Positions 23,626 through 35,981 of a stretch of DNA of 64,000 nucleotides are shown here, piece by piece (position 1 is the first letter of the stretch; each line of letters begins with the position of its first letter). The translations under genes and the position numbers were made by a program. Under the pieces are notes generated by a model that was given only the letters and a program-made list of their open reading frames with translations, did no database searches and was not told the origin of the DNA. The stretch covers positions 124,001-188,000 of the forward strand of contig CBFFRP010000238.1 of NCBI GenBank assembly GCA_965644295.1, written 5' to 3'. The DNA comes from Paraphysomonas bandaiensis. Its lineage: Eukaryota > Protista > Chrysophyceae.

Positions 23626-24339
23626 ATCGCTATGTACTTCTGTTGCATTGGAAAAACTGATTATAACAAACACAGAAGATTCAGTAGATGTTGTTTTATA
23701 TGAAATATCTATTTTTTAATATTAATTTACTTAATTATTCTATTCACTGATTAAATGAAAAACACTTTCGTATTATGCGTTCAGTAATTCCATATCATCG
23801 TTACTAGACATACTACGATACTCTTTCGTAGAGTGAAGTCATATATCCGTGCAAGTATTGACTTGTACTCGTTCAATGAGGGGAATGAATTAAGGTCAAC
23901 AGATTTAGTGGAGTTGATAATAAAATTCGAAGTCAAGTAGTCCTGACAAGGAGTGCGAAACATCAAACATCTGTTCTCTTATTCTCTTTAAGATTTGTTT
24001 ATCATATATTCACCAGTCAACCCTCTATCTGATATAGTGTATAGTTATACATCAGTAATTGAATTACTTTGCCCGTTACAACTATCAGTTAGCTTCACCT
24101 GTTGCCTGTAGCACACAATTAACTCACTTCAAGTGAACTACATATTGTATTATAGAACAGAACTCAATAAAGAGCACTTGGTGGTTGGAATATATATAAC
24201 TGCAGCCTATCAACTATTATGATGCGTACAGATTCCTCCTACAAGTGTACCAACACTAAACAGAATGAATCGGTTTTATAATAATAGCGATTACACAAGA
24301 CACAGAGCAGCAAACACAGGCTATAATGCAATAGTCTAA

Positions 24340-26345
24340 TTACAACACAACATCAGATTCAACCTCAATGTGCATATTGATACTTCGTGGCGATTTCCTT
24401 GGGTCTTCGGCGCAGTAGTTGCTGATACAATCGAAAACCCATTCCGACTTTGCTACAAATATCATTCCGCTCAGGTGATCCACGAAATCATCGATATCAT
24501 AAGTGCGTTCCAGTCGAAGTTTACTGATGGCTTTATATACTTCGGTACACAAGTTTGTGGCAAATTCCTCACTGCTTACTATGGCTATAACAATCTTGAA
24601 AGCAGTAGTTAGAATAAAAGGTATTGGTAACAAGTACATATGTCCTTTCAAGGTAACACACTGTCGAAGACTTACATCATATGTATATATATGCTTCGAT
24701 TTGTCCACCTTCATGCCCTTATCCAAGGACACATTTACAGCATTTATAACGTCATCAAGTGTCATCATGGTTCCTCCACCAAGCGTGATTAACGTCTGTA
24801 AGAGGCTTCCTGTAGGGCCGGGTGATGGATAGCTTCCATGGAGAAGAAAACGCCGACGCGAAAATAATTTATCGTCCCCTCGCTAAAATAATATATGAAT
24901 AGTCACCTCAACAGATAAAATCTCCACAATAAAACGTGTCACAGGCATCATATAATATATATGCAGAAAGCATCACACATTGCGGCTTCGGTAATCAAAC
25001 CACCTGCGTTATTTCTCGGGATAGTTTGGGAGTACCCTTGACACCCGGCGCAGCCTTATAATCCCTCTCCACCTACCATAATTTACAATTAAGACAAGTA
25101 TTCATATATATATCTACCAAACATGCACACACACGCCTCTAGCTGACAGCCCTACCTCGTAAGGGTCTTCTGGTACAATTCTCTTTGCATCTATGCATTC
25201 TTGCAACCAATTCAAACACACAATCCATTTTCCCTCTGAAAATATAATTTTAAATACTTACTAGCAAGACATCGTAGTTATGATATGACATACAAATATG
25301 AACGAGAGAGATAACCCACCTAAAACGCCCATTAGATACTTCATCGTACGCTGCTTCAGCTCAATCACTTTTCGTGAGCGTTTCTTGCCCTGATTGCTTC
25401 GCACAGCTGCGACCACGACATGCGTTACCTCTGTGCTGTAAGAGTCAACCATGCGTGATGAAGGGAAAATATCTCTGAACGACGAAAGCACTTTCTGCTG
25501 ACTCTCGTCTAACGCAGAAGCTATTAATACGATATCTTCTGCGGCAGTTGGCTTCCTCTCAATGCTTCTACTGCGCTCACTGTTACGACTATCCGTAACA
25601 TGAGCAGATTGAGTCATTTCTGGTGCGTCAACGTCAGGTGTGACTGACCGCCGTTTTGGTCGCTTAAACGATGCAGATGTATGACGTCCATCCGCCTGCA
25701 CTTGAGCAGCATTCCTCGTGCGCCGTCCAGTTTGCCTCTCCATCCCATCAGCTGGACGAATATACCTACCCGGCACTGCAGAATCTGTCAAGCCACCAAG
25801 AACGTATCGAACATCGTACTTTTCTTCGGTGCCATCGCTATTCGTGTGCACGTTAGTCACCCATGCTGTACCCCCAGGGCGATTGATGCCAGGCCATGTC
25901 CGGGGTGCAACTTCGACAATATCACCAGCAGTGTACACATGCCGACGTTCCCGCAATACCTGCTTCGATAGCGCTGTGTCGTTAGAATTATAACAGTCTA
26001 TGAGCTGACGTATCAAACCAATGACAGGCGAAATATCATGCAACTTTTGAGGTGCACTTTTTGTTTTAATATTTGCAGCACAAAGAGGACATTTCTTTTC
26101 GTTCCTCAGAATCTATAAACGATATAATATATCATACTGTTGTACATATAACAATACAATTTCATACCGAACTTAAACATGTATTACAGAAAACATGAGA
26201 GCAAGACAGTGCACTGGGGTCGTTTAAATCATCCAGACATATACCGCACATCACGCTCTTTGATAACTCGCCAATAAGACCCGATAATATCTCTGTTTTT
26301 TGATACTGCATTAGATTAGTCCTTTTTCTGGTTCCTGAGAGCCAT
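24340..26345 (-). CDS. RING finger + Tudor-like + BRCT protein (BARD1/BRCA1-like architecture); multi-exon
   Basis: N-terminal CGICLDDLNDPSALSCSHVFCNTC..CPLC. BRCT hallmarks VTHVVV, QRTMKYLMGVLG, W..WLQEC, GGG and KSEWVFDCIS. Confidence 0.75.
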
Positions 26346-27019
26346 AGTTACTTCTTCTTACAGCTATCTACGATCATATATATACTAACCATAACACTCT
26401 TCCTCTTACAGTGTCTGATCTACTGCTGCACACATAAAGTACTACTGGAGAATATTTAAAATAAGAAATTTCCGGATTTCTATTTCAAAAAATTAAAAAA
26501 TACCAATCAGATATATCAATAACCAATCAAAATAATAGAAAATGAAATAACTTAATTTGATTAGTCAATAACCACAAGATGATGTGTATGTATTGACTAA
26601 GTGCGTGTATTATCAGACCTCAGCTCAGTTGAACAAACTCTTCTATCTCTATATATTGAGAAGCATGACTACGAATCACCACATATGCATGCTGTATATC
26701 ACTGTATGTGAGTGTTCTCTCAGATTGATATGAGATGTATCGTATACACAGTTCTCGACTGTAGTCTGCGATATTCTGATGATCTCAATACTGTTACGTT
26801 GAAAGATATACACGACAATATAGTGATATAACGAGCATGCTGATATGACCTGATAATACATGACATTGTAGTGATCATCATGATGCAAGAGAAACTCATT
26901 AAGCAACATCGAAAGAGAACCGATTCTTTCAGGTCTGAAAAGCATTATAATAACAATTATATTCAGACCTTATAATGCAACATGTTGAGCTTTTGAATCT
27001 GTAATATAATGTAATAATA

Positions 27020-27600
27020 ATCTACTGGACCGGCCACATTACTGTCACACAATTGGCCGACGCATCCGGACGCCACATATCCCACTCACTGCTCGAACAT
27101 CAGTTCCACGCCCTCGAAAAATTATCACCTCTATCCTGCTCCCCCTATATAATGGAGGGCTCAACATGCTTCGAAATAGGGGGCTCAGACACCACAACGC
27201 AGACACAACACCAGTACACCGGTCACGACACCGACACACTCACAGCAACGCCAGTCCCAGGATACTCACCCGACACCAAAAGTACTCCAGCTACTCCAGG
27301 AGACATCCACCCCTAGAATTCTATCCTCTACAAGAGTCCGAAACCGACAGAGGCAAGCACAAGCACTCCGGAAACAGCTCCTCCATACTTGTGGCCGAAA
27401 CCCCACCTCGACAACCAGCACCATCTCCACCACCGACTTACACTCTCATCTACATCTCGCCCTCATCCACTCCTCACATAACCCATGGCACATTGCCCAA
27501 AGGTTGCCCCCCCGATTAACCTCACTACAAGGGACGGTTGCACCATGGTGCTCCCAGCTATGCACAAGCAGTCCCGAGACGGTTCCCGCCACTAGTAGTA
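27020..27600 (+). mobile_element. Probable 5'-truncated, frameshifted retroelement remnant ending in structured motif copy 3 (27531-27575)
   Basis: Abrupt C/A-rich, GC-elevated tract with broken ORFs (YWTGHITV...IITSILLPLYNGGLNMLR). It ends in GGGAC-GGTTGCACCATGGTGC...GCACAAGCA-GTCCC. No RT motif is visible. Confidence 0.35.
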
Positions 27601-27929
27601 TATAGCAGGTCCAGTTATTAGTTAGTCTATAGATGTAAAACTAGTTTGTACACGACTGTTCTCATGTAATAATCAGACATTCTTAAATATGAATGCATTA
27701 AACTACAGCTTTCAAATGCTTACGAATAAGCATCTAGAGGCAGCAGAGCCGGCACCGTTATTATAGAATTTTTTGTCCCCTAATCCTTAATCCATGCACT
27801 TTTACATTTTGATTAGTTGGAGTCACTTTCAATTTCGATGAGGCCAACAACACTACAAGTTAAAGTGATAATGCATTAAGACGATAGTGAACAAGGTTGC
27901 CATAGAGTGCCTGTAGAGTTGCATGAACA

Positions 27930-28116
27930 TTGTTGTCTAATATTGTTTAGAGTTTCTTCGGGGTATAGCGGAGATGCTATATTCTATTATCTTAATAGCA
28001 CTCAGTTCTATATATAGCAGTACAAGTCATTAATGGGATACCTTTAATGGGCCATTAATGGTAGTCCAGTTCCCCGCAATTATAATGGCATTACCATTAA
28101 TGGTTATCAGGCCCTG
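27930..28116 (-). mobile_element. Decayed hAT-like element end (family 2)
   Basis: Minus strand starts CAGGGCCTGATAACCATTAATGG, with CATTAATGG repeats. Homologous in reverse orientation to 59851-60078. Confidence 0.45.
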
Positions 28117-28336
28117 GATAAGCCCATTTACCCTAGTTTAAGAATGTGATATATCAGTCTTGGTCGATTTAAGTTAGATATATATAGGTATCGCATTGAC
28201 ACTCAATACTGTCTCGAACATATAAGTATTCCACGTGCTAGATTCCATACGTGTTATTACTATAATACTGCCCCAAAACGATAACTAACTTAACTCGTAC
28301 ATTCATATTCCCAACACATAGCTACACTCTACACGT

Positions 28337-31300
28337 CTAATTACTTCCACAGCCCACGGGTCGTACAAATACATGTCTGGGTATGCTATATGTACCGAAC
28401 TCTAGTATTGTAGTCTTCGATCTCTCCCACGTCAAAACCACATGAGGAAGGGGAATCTGACCGCATTCTAGAGGTACAAGAGAGAGACCAATCTCAGTGC
28501 GGTCAGCTGGGGCAATCTACAAAGTGAATTCCCATTAAATATGTAGATCAACGGCAGATATATACACACATATTTCAAGTATTTTACTCATAATCGATAA
28601 TATGAGGATCGTGTGAGTCGTTTAAATTTTACTCACCTCAAGAATTTGCGAAGTACCGCCAGTGATCACAAAATCATCACACATCTCCACCACTAACTGC
28701 ATGCGCTCTAGAGACCATAACTTATTGTGTACAGTTATACGGACATCAAGAGGCTGTCCCAAATCGCCCATAGTCGGTGAATCTATCTCGACAGAAAACG
28801 GGGCGTCTATGACCTATGCGCATTATAAGACTAAACAGAGTACGTGGAAGATACAGAACGATGTGTCAATAGTACGCGCAGATTCATTTAATATTGTAAC
28901 GCAACGTACCTGCACTTCGGGTATAGAAAACATCATACTGCACACCCGAGATCTGGATACGTTGCGGTTCACACAGGCAGCAGATGATTTTCCCTCCTGG
29001 TGTGTCTCCTGAGCCCCTCCTTCTATAGGTGCTGGAGTAACATTTTCCAGAGGTAACAGCCAGCTGCTGACAGGAACTGGGCCAGATTTATCTTGCGAAG
29101 TGTCCCGGGAGAGTGCAGCAGCGAGTCTATACGGACGTAGATCAACGGGACTCATCAGAGAGGAGTCCTGGATTCGCCAATTTACCATCACATTACCCAT
29201 GCTCGCGCGCACTGGCTTCACGACATATGACGCTCCAGTTCTCGTGTCCTTGTGCATAGGAAAGGATGGTGCAGATTCCTCCGGAGGTATGTCTTTGCAG
29301 TGCATATCCACACTTCCCACATAAGCCTCTCCTTTGTGGAGTACAACCGCACGGCCCTCGCCCGATTCGCATATATACGCCTGGAGTTCAGACGATCCAG
29401 TGCTGGTAATTGGGAGGTTGTGTGCACCTGTGTACAGCAAATCTCCCCCAGCGGGAGAGTCTACTATCTCAAATATATTCGATGCCACTTGACCACCCTT
29501 ACTATGGGTTTTGGGGCTTATTGCCATCATTGATATTTCGAGACCATCACCAAGGGAATTTACACAGTCCAGGGAAGCAGATACATTAATCCTGTCGCCC
29601 CGGAGTACCACGGAAGCACCATGCTTCTTCTCCACTCCACAGTGGGGATCATTGATAGAACTTATATTGAAATTCATTCCAAATGGTTTCAAACATGTTA
29701 CTTTCAATGAGAACTCGTTTGAAACCGCCGTCTTAAGAAACCCTTTCGGGACATATTCAACACGGAGCTTTAAATTAATGTCACCCTGTACATCTGACTT
29801 TATAAAAACAGGGCAGCAGAATACGGAATTTATGCCTTGGTACGGTACCACAAACGGATAGGCTGGCTGAAATGATTCATTTAACTGAAAAGGATGAAAC
29901 TGCACACTGTCTAAGTGCTTCTGCGGCTCGCTACAGTCAGCATTCGGGTCTATATCTGGGTACCAGAAGAAGTCCCCCCCACCCGAAGGAAAGTGCTGTG
30001 TGTAGTCACTAGACAGATAGATTCGGCCATTAACTATTTTGTCTGCCCCGCAGCTGAATATGAAGTTCACTCGTTGGATTGTACCCTGCAGAATTGTGAT
30101 CGAGTCTTGGGCCGGGTGTAACAATGCGAGTCGACTCTTAGGCCGAGCAATGTGGAGAGTCTTTGGACCATCCGCACCAAGGAACATAGATAACTCTCTC
30201 AAGTTTCCTGAGGTTCGGTTCAGTGAATTTCTGGCCTCCTTGAAGGCTCGTGATATGGCAGACACCTCGACAACAACTTCTCTGTATCCACGCTCCTTCA
30301 TACTCTGTACTTGAATCTCAGAGGAGACAGCCCGAGTTGTTGGCACACTTGAGGCCTGGCCTTTATCGGAATCTCCAAGAGATTGTGAAGCACGACTAGA
30401 ATCATGTACTGTCGATTCAGGAGTATGCGTATCCGGTGGGCTTGCAAAATCTGCGGTCATTGTCATTTTTCCCATTACAGCATCGCCATCAAAATCTCCC
30501 AATAGCTGTGGCTCTACTAGAGTCATGCGAATATCACTATCGAGATCTGTCTCTTCACTTCTGGCGTCATCATCCACTCCATCTGTGACCACTTCAACAT
30601 CACCTACATCCACTGCAGGCTCGGGTGATTCGGGCGGCATCTCAGAGTTGATATCTTGGGGGCTAGGTAAATCACTAGAAACAACATTCACCTCTTCTAC
30701 TGCATCCGGTGCAGGAGCTGTTGCTGGAAGCATATCGGTAATTGCACTGTCTCCCAAATCAGGGGACTGAAAGTCAGAAAATTCAGCGTCGTCGGTCTCG
30801 TGGACCTCCTGTATGAGCTGTTCAAACGCAGTGTCGCCTAAAACATCGTCTTCAGTATCTGAATGTGTACAACTCTCCACATCACTATGATCGTCAGCAC
30901 TCAGCTGCCCGAAAGCTTCCTCCACTTCCACCTCCCTTTCCTCACCCTCAACAACACTCACAGCGGAATGGGATGGTTCAAAATCTCCGACCTCATCGAG
31001 GCTGACATCCAAAGGCTGTGAAGTCTGCTGGCCTTCATTTGCTTCAATGGAATTTTCGTTACAAACATTGTTTTCTAGTTTTTCTTGTGCTTCCGATAAT
31101 ACTACATCATTTTCTGCAGAGACACCGAGGTCCTCCTCAAGACATTCAGGAGGCGTAGGGGTACTGGCAGGCTGGAAAGATACCTCATCCTCCAAGGCGA
31201 CTTCTTCCCCTGATGTTTTCAGCGGGAGGGCTACGCGCATTGTCATAATTAGCTTCTCCAGACACACAAATGCATCTGCTGTGCTCGCAAGAGTACTCTC

Positions 31301-33471
31301 GGGAATAAACAAATCGAATGAATATACGACCGTTTTCTTTGACTCGAACTTAAGCGAGGCCTCAGATATGTTATGATCATCGGGTATGCAGCTTGAGGTA
31401 CTATCCACCCTCCCCCTTGTGCGAACCCCTCCTGCGCCCTCATCCGCATCGTCGTCATAAAACCGCTGCACAATCAGGTCGTCAGTAAAATGAGCTGACA
31501 TTTCAGCGAAGGAGAGCGGACCGTGAAGCAGAGAGGTGATCGTGAGCTCCGTCTTCACATACTGTCCAACCTCAACTGAACTACGATCAAATTTTACCTT
31601 AATATCAAATAACCCAGCAGTAGTATCTGATAAATCCACGACATAACCATCTGGTAGAAAGTACTCTGGCGGGTGCCCGTCTACCGCAGCGATTCCATAC
31701 TCCGGTCTCAGCGGGAGCCCCAAATAATCACCAGAAACTGCCCCCCTACCACGTCCGGTCGCACGTAAATTGGACACATACTCCTCAGTCGGTTTTTCAG
31801 TGTTGGTAATAATAGACATCACGTCTCGATGAAGTTCCTCCTTATCGTGCTTTCCCAAATAACTGGATGACGCAATGGAATAAAGCATCAGCGCCGCAGG
31901 AATGTATTCTCTGGGTCGGCCAAGGTATACTGAACACGCCATCTTTTTGCGCAGCACAGGAATTGCACAAAATGCCCACTTTTCCTTTCCCAAAAATTCT
32001 ATGGCAGGATTAAGATTAGCACTTGCGAGATCATATGATCCCATATTCATAAGTTGTTTCGCAATGAGAACCCGCAGATGGGACCGTCTTCGCTTGTGCA
32101 AAGGGTTAACATGTTCTAATGCCTTTCGTAACAGCGAAAGGATTACTTCTGTATGGTTAGTGGCTGCCTCTTTATCAATAAGATACTGCCGGACCAATTT
32201 CTTCACCTCATCAGTCTTTGGTTGTACCTGGTCTAGAACAGGGTCCAGTAGCTGAGGTTGGCCTCCAAAGTACGTCGGAGGAGTGAGAGTCATCCCATGA
32301 AAACCCTCGAGCAGATTCTCGAATGATTCATCATTGCGAGATGCTCGTTTGTGGGCGTTGAAGCTAGACTGTCTCTTTAGTGAAAAGAGAGCCGCGTTGT
32401 GGTAATAGTATGTCTTATCTGCATCCGTGAAGGAACTATTGATATTATACTTTGTGAGCATGTCCGCATATATGATGTACTGTTGCGCCACCCAGGCATA
32501 GTGTCTCCATGGTTTGCCAGAGAAAGCAGCAGAGAAGTTGCTGGTGTGACTGCGAAATTGCGCTGATGATTCCTTCGCAACTCCTGTTAATAGCATGATG
32601 CTACATATCTTAAAATTAACCATCTCAGCTATGGCTTTAACTTGATCCACCATGTCGTCGTCATACGAATCAATCATGTCCACCAATGCAACGTAGCTAT
32701 GACGATAGTGTCTCAGCGCCCTAGGGATCTGATTTTGGAACTCGTAAAAGAAAGCTACCTTAAAATTATACCGAGCAATAAGAAGAACATCTGCAGGCCG
32801 AACCATGCGTTCAATATTTCGTAGTCTTCGACCCTGAGTAGCATAATAGGAAGAAGAAAAGTCTCTGATAACTTTACTCAGTCGACGCACCATTACGGAG
32901 AGTGGGTTAAAATCTGATACTGTCATCACCATAAAGTTTCTACCATCAAGCTGGAAATGTTTTTTCATTGAATTTGTACGCTCTTCGATGACATCCTTAT
33001 CGATTATACCTGTACCAGTTTTTATTGCCAGTAGTATAACCTTCACATCACGGGTATTGAGAGCATTGCGGAGCTTCGTCAGAGACTCCAGTGCCGCGGC
33101 TTCTCGCCGAATCCACTCTCCCGCAGGCCAGTCAATACAAAAATTCATAACCATAACGACCACCGAAGGAATAAGCTCCACATGTTTCTTGAGCCAGTTA
33201 CTTTTTAATATTCCCTCTGTCGACGGCTGCTCTTTAGGGGGCTTCTTATCAATATATTTATGAGTCAGAGGCACTGACTTAAATTCAATTCCAGGAGATT
33301 CTTTCGAATCATCCAAAGATACAGATTTAATCAGTCTTTCATGAATATCTGGCTCATTTTCCACCGTCCCTGTGACGTATACCTGTAGAGATATTAGTAC
33401 AATGAAGACATGAGGAGGGAGCAGACCAGTGGTTTAGGGCTTTGAATTAATTCCGGCGGTAAGTTATCCAT
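28337..33471 (-). CDS. TRAPPC11: Trafficking protein particle complex subunit 11 (foie gras) homolog
   Basis: N-terminus MDNLPPELIQSPKPL|V. EGILKSNWLKKHVELIPSVVV, ARYNFKVAFFYEF, VKAIAEMVNFKIC, HYAWVAQQY. C-terminal exons end LVPLECGQIPLPHV..HVFVRP. Confidence 0.85.
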
Positions 33472-33689
33472 AGGGTTTATATAGTAGTGGAGGTTGAACA
33501 CCTTCTCCAGATTAGGTATATTGGGCTGGAGGTGTGTGCATAGAGGCGAATGAAGAGGGTGAGTGTATGTATGTTGTTGCACTGTATGGACGTGTAGCTG
33601 TATGTCACACTGCCAGATTGTGAGAGTGAAATATGATACTCTACTGTATACGACACAATACGAAGTAATACGTATATAAATACATGTTG

Positions 33690-33793
33690 TACATACATAC
33701 ATACATACATACATACATACATACATACATACATACATACATACATACATACATACATACATACATACATACATACATACATACATACATACA

Positions 33794-33822
<29 letters not shown>
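33690..33822. repeat. (TACA)n microsatellite, about 33 copies
   Basis: Perfect tetranucleotide run between the divergent TRAPPC11 and PWI genes. Confidence 0.98.
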
Positions 33823-33824
<2 letters not shown>

Positions 33825-33961
33825 TCTGTTGTACCCATGGGTGTACTTGTGTACCTATGTACATGTAGTGGAATAGGGGGCGGATAGTCTATTCGTTGAA
33901 TAGTCAACCTCACACATGGCCCAAATTAATTAATTACACCATCATTCATTTGGATCTCGAC

Positions 33962-35206
33962 ATGGCAGGTAATTTTTTCAGAGGTACAACTGTTGATCAG
34001 GTTAGTAATTGTTACATCCACTTCATAGTGTTCATCTTAGTGTGCCGCAGGACCCAAGATGGGGACGGAGTGATATGAAGCTTCTTAATAGCATGCAGAA
34101 AGCTGGAAAGTTTGCACCGATATTAGAAACAAAAGTATGTATTTTAAGGTACATGATGAAATGATAACAATAGAATGGATATGTAGGTTGATTTGAAACG
34201 TGTTAATCTTGATATCATGTCGAAGTGGGTAACAGAGAGGCTTATTGAATTGCTTGGTTTCGAGGATGATATTGTCATTAATCTTGTCATCAACATGATT
34301 AAAGCGAAGGTAAGTGTATATTTTCAGTGAAGTAGTAATGAACTGCATTGTCGCACATCTGTTGTGTATATTTATTAAGCTAGATATTGAGAAACCGATT
34401 TAAGACTGCACCACGAATATTACTAATTTTGTTCTCTTCCTCCTCTGGAACCCTAATAGGACCCTGACCCCCGTCGAATGCAAATGGACATTACTGGCTT
34501 CCTTGAGAAGAAGTCAGGGGCATTCATGGAGGAACTGTGGACGCTCTTAGTTGACGCACAGGAGCAACCGAGTGGCATCCCCGCTGTATTTATACAGAAG
34601 AAGAAGGACGAGATTATCAAGAGACAGCAACAGCAGGATGAGGCCGAAAACAGACGCAGAGATAGAGATGTTAATAGTAGAACTGACCGTTGCGAGAAGC
34701 GCACAGGCAGAGAAAGGCCTGAAAGTGGCGACAGACGGGATTGTAATGACTCCGGTAATGGTAGGAGCCGAGAGAAAGACAGAGAACGAAGAAATAGAAG
34801 CAGGGACGACAGGTATAGTGACCATTCAAGAGATAGAGAAAGAGATAGGCCTGGTCGAAGGGGTTATAGAGCACGGAGTAGGGAGAGGGATAGCCGAAGG
34901 CGTCGTAACAACAGCCGCAGTGACAGTGAGAACTCCCGTTCTGATCGATTTGATCGTAGCAGGGATAGGAATAGCCGGAGGCGTCGCAACAACAGCCGCA
35001 GTGACAGTGAGGAATCCCGTTCTGATCGATTTGATCGTAGCAGGGACAGGGATAGTCGGAGGCGTCGCAACAGCAGCCGCAGTGTTAGTGAAGAGTCACG
35101 TTCTGGTCGTGAAAGTCGGAGGCACTCTCATAGAAGCCGAAGTCGAGACCGCTCACCTTCTAGTGGACGACGTAGAACTCGAGAGAAGTCCCCGATTACC
35201 CCGTGA
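33962..35206 (+). CDS. PWI-domain SR-rich splicing factor (SRRM1/SRm160-like); 4 exons
   Basis: MAGNFFRGTTVDQ|D, KVDLKRVNLDIMSKWVTERLIELLGFEDDIV, MQMDITGFLEKKSGAFMEELWTLL. RS/RD-rich tail with about 3 internal 66-nt repeats at 34880-35107. Confidence 0.92.
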
Positions 35207-35528
35207 AGTAAAATTACAAGGTTGAGATGACAATGAGGGTTATCTATCGGAATTAAATTTAGCGACCCTCCCTAATTACTGATGCTAGTAATGCATAATG
35301 CATTATTGTGAGAACCTAACAAATTGAAATATTGAATGAAAATACAGAACCTGAAGTACTGGATATAGGGTCTAGATATATTGAATGTAATGGACTAATT
35401 TAATAAATAAAGTTCGCATATGTTGAAGTTGTGGTAGAGGTTGCAGAGTTCATTGGCTTCTCACATGAACAGAAAGTGTAGGAAAATATTGCAAGCATTG
35501 TATATGAAGCAACATAGAATACAGCAGC

Positions 35529-35656
35529 CAGGGTTCGGTAACAATATATTGTAAAATATATTGATTGGTGGACAGATCAAATATTGAATCAATATTATTC
35601 TGTTAAAGTAGCTCACAATAGTATTGCAATATTGCAATCAGTATTATGATAGCCAT
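35529..35656 (+). mobile_element. Truncated left end of the hAT element family at 52917
   Basis: CAGGGTTCGGTAACAATATATTGT..AAAATATATTGATTGGTGGAC..GCTCACAATAGTATTGCAAT aligns with 52917-53085. Confidence 0.75.
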
Positions 35657-35981
35657 GTGCACAAACCTTCTTTACCCAATGGATATAACTTAAAAACCTC
35701 ATACTAGTATAGCGTATAGCTTCTACCTGTTTTAATTTTAAGCAATGCTTACAAATAAAAAAAGTCAATATTTATAAAACACAGAAACCTCACTTCTCCT
35801 GAGGAAAAGGATGGCTAAGCCAATGCCATGACAGGGAAAGTAGATGGCTGAGCAGACAACCTTCTCACATATGTTAAGGAATAAATATAGCAGAAGCAGA
35901 AGCCTTAGCAAAGTTGTATACGATAGTAGTATGTGCATATGGTAAGAGAGACAAGCAAGCATAATAAAAATATAGAAACTA

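Noticed and set aside
33394-33913. MYVC/IHTY repeat ORFs
   Set aside because: Artefacts of the (TACA)n microsatellite.
34551-35225. 224-aa alternative-frame ORF over the PWI gene
   Set aside because: A shadow frame of the RS-rich low-complexity coding sequence.
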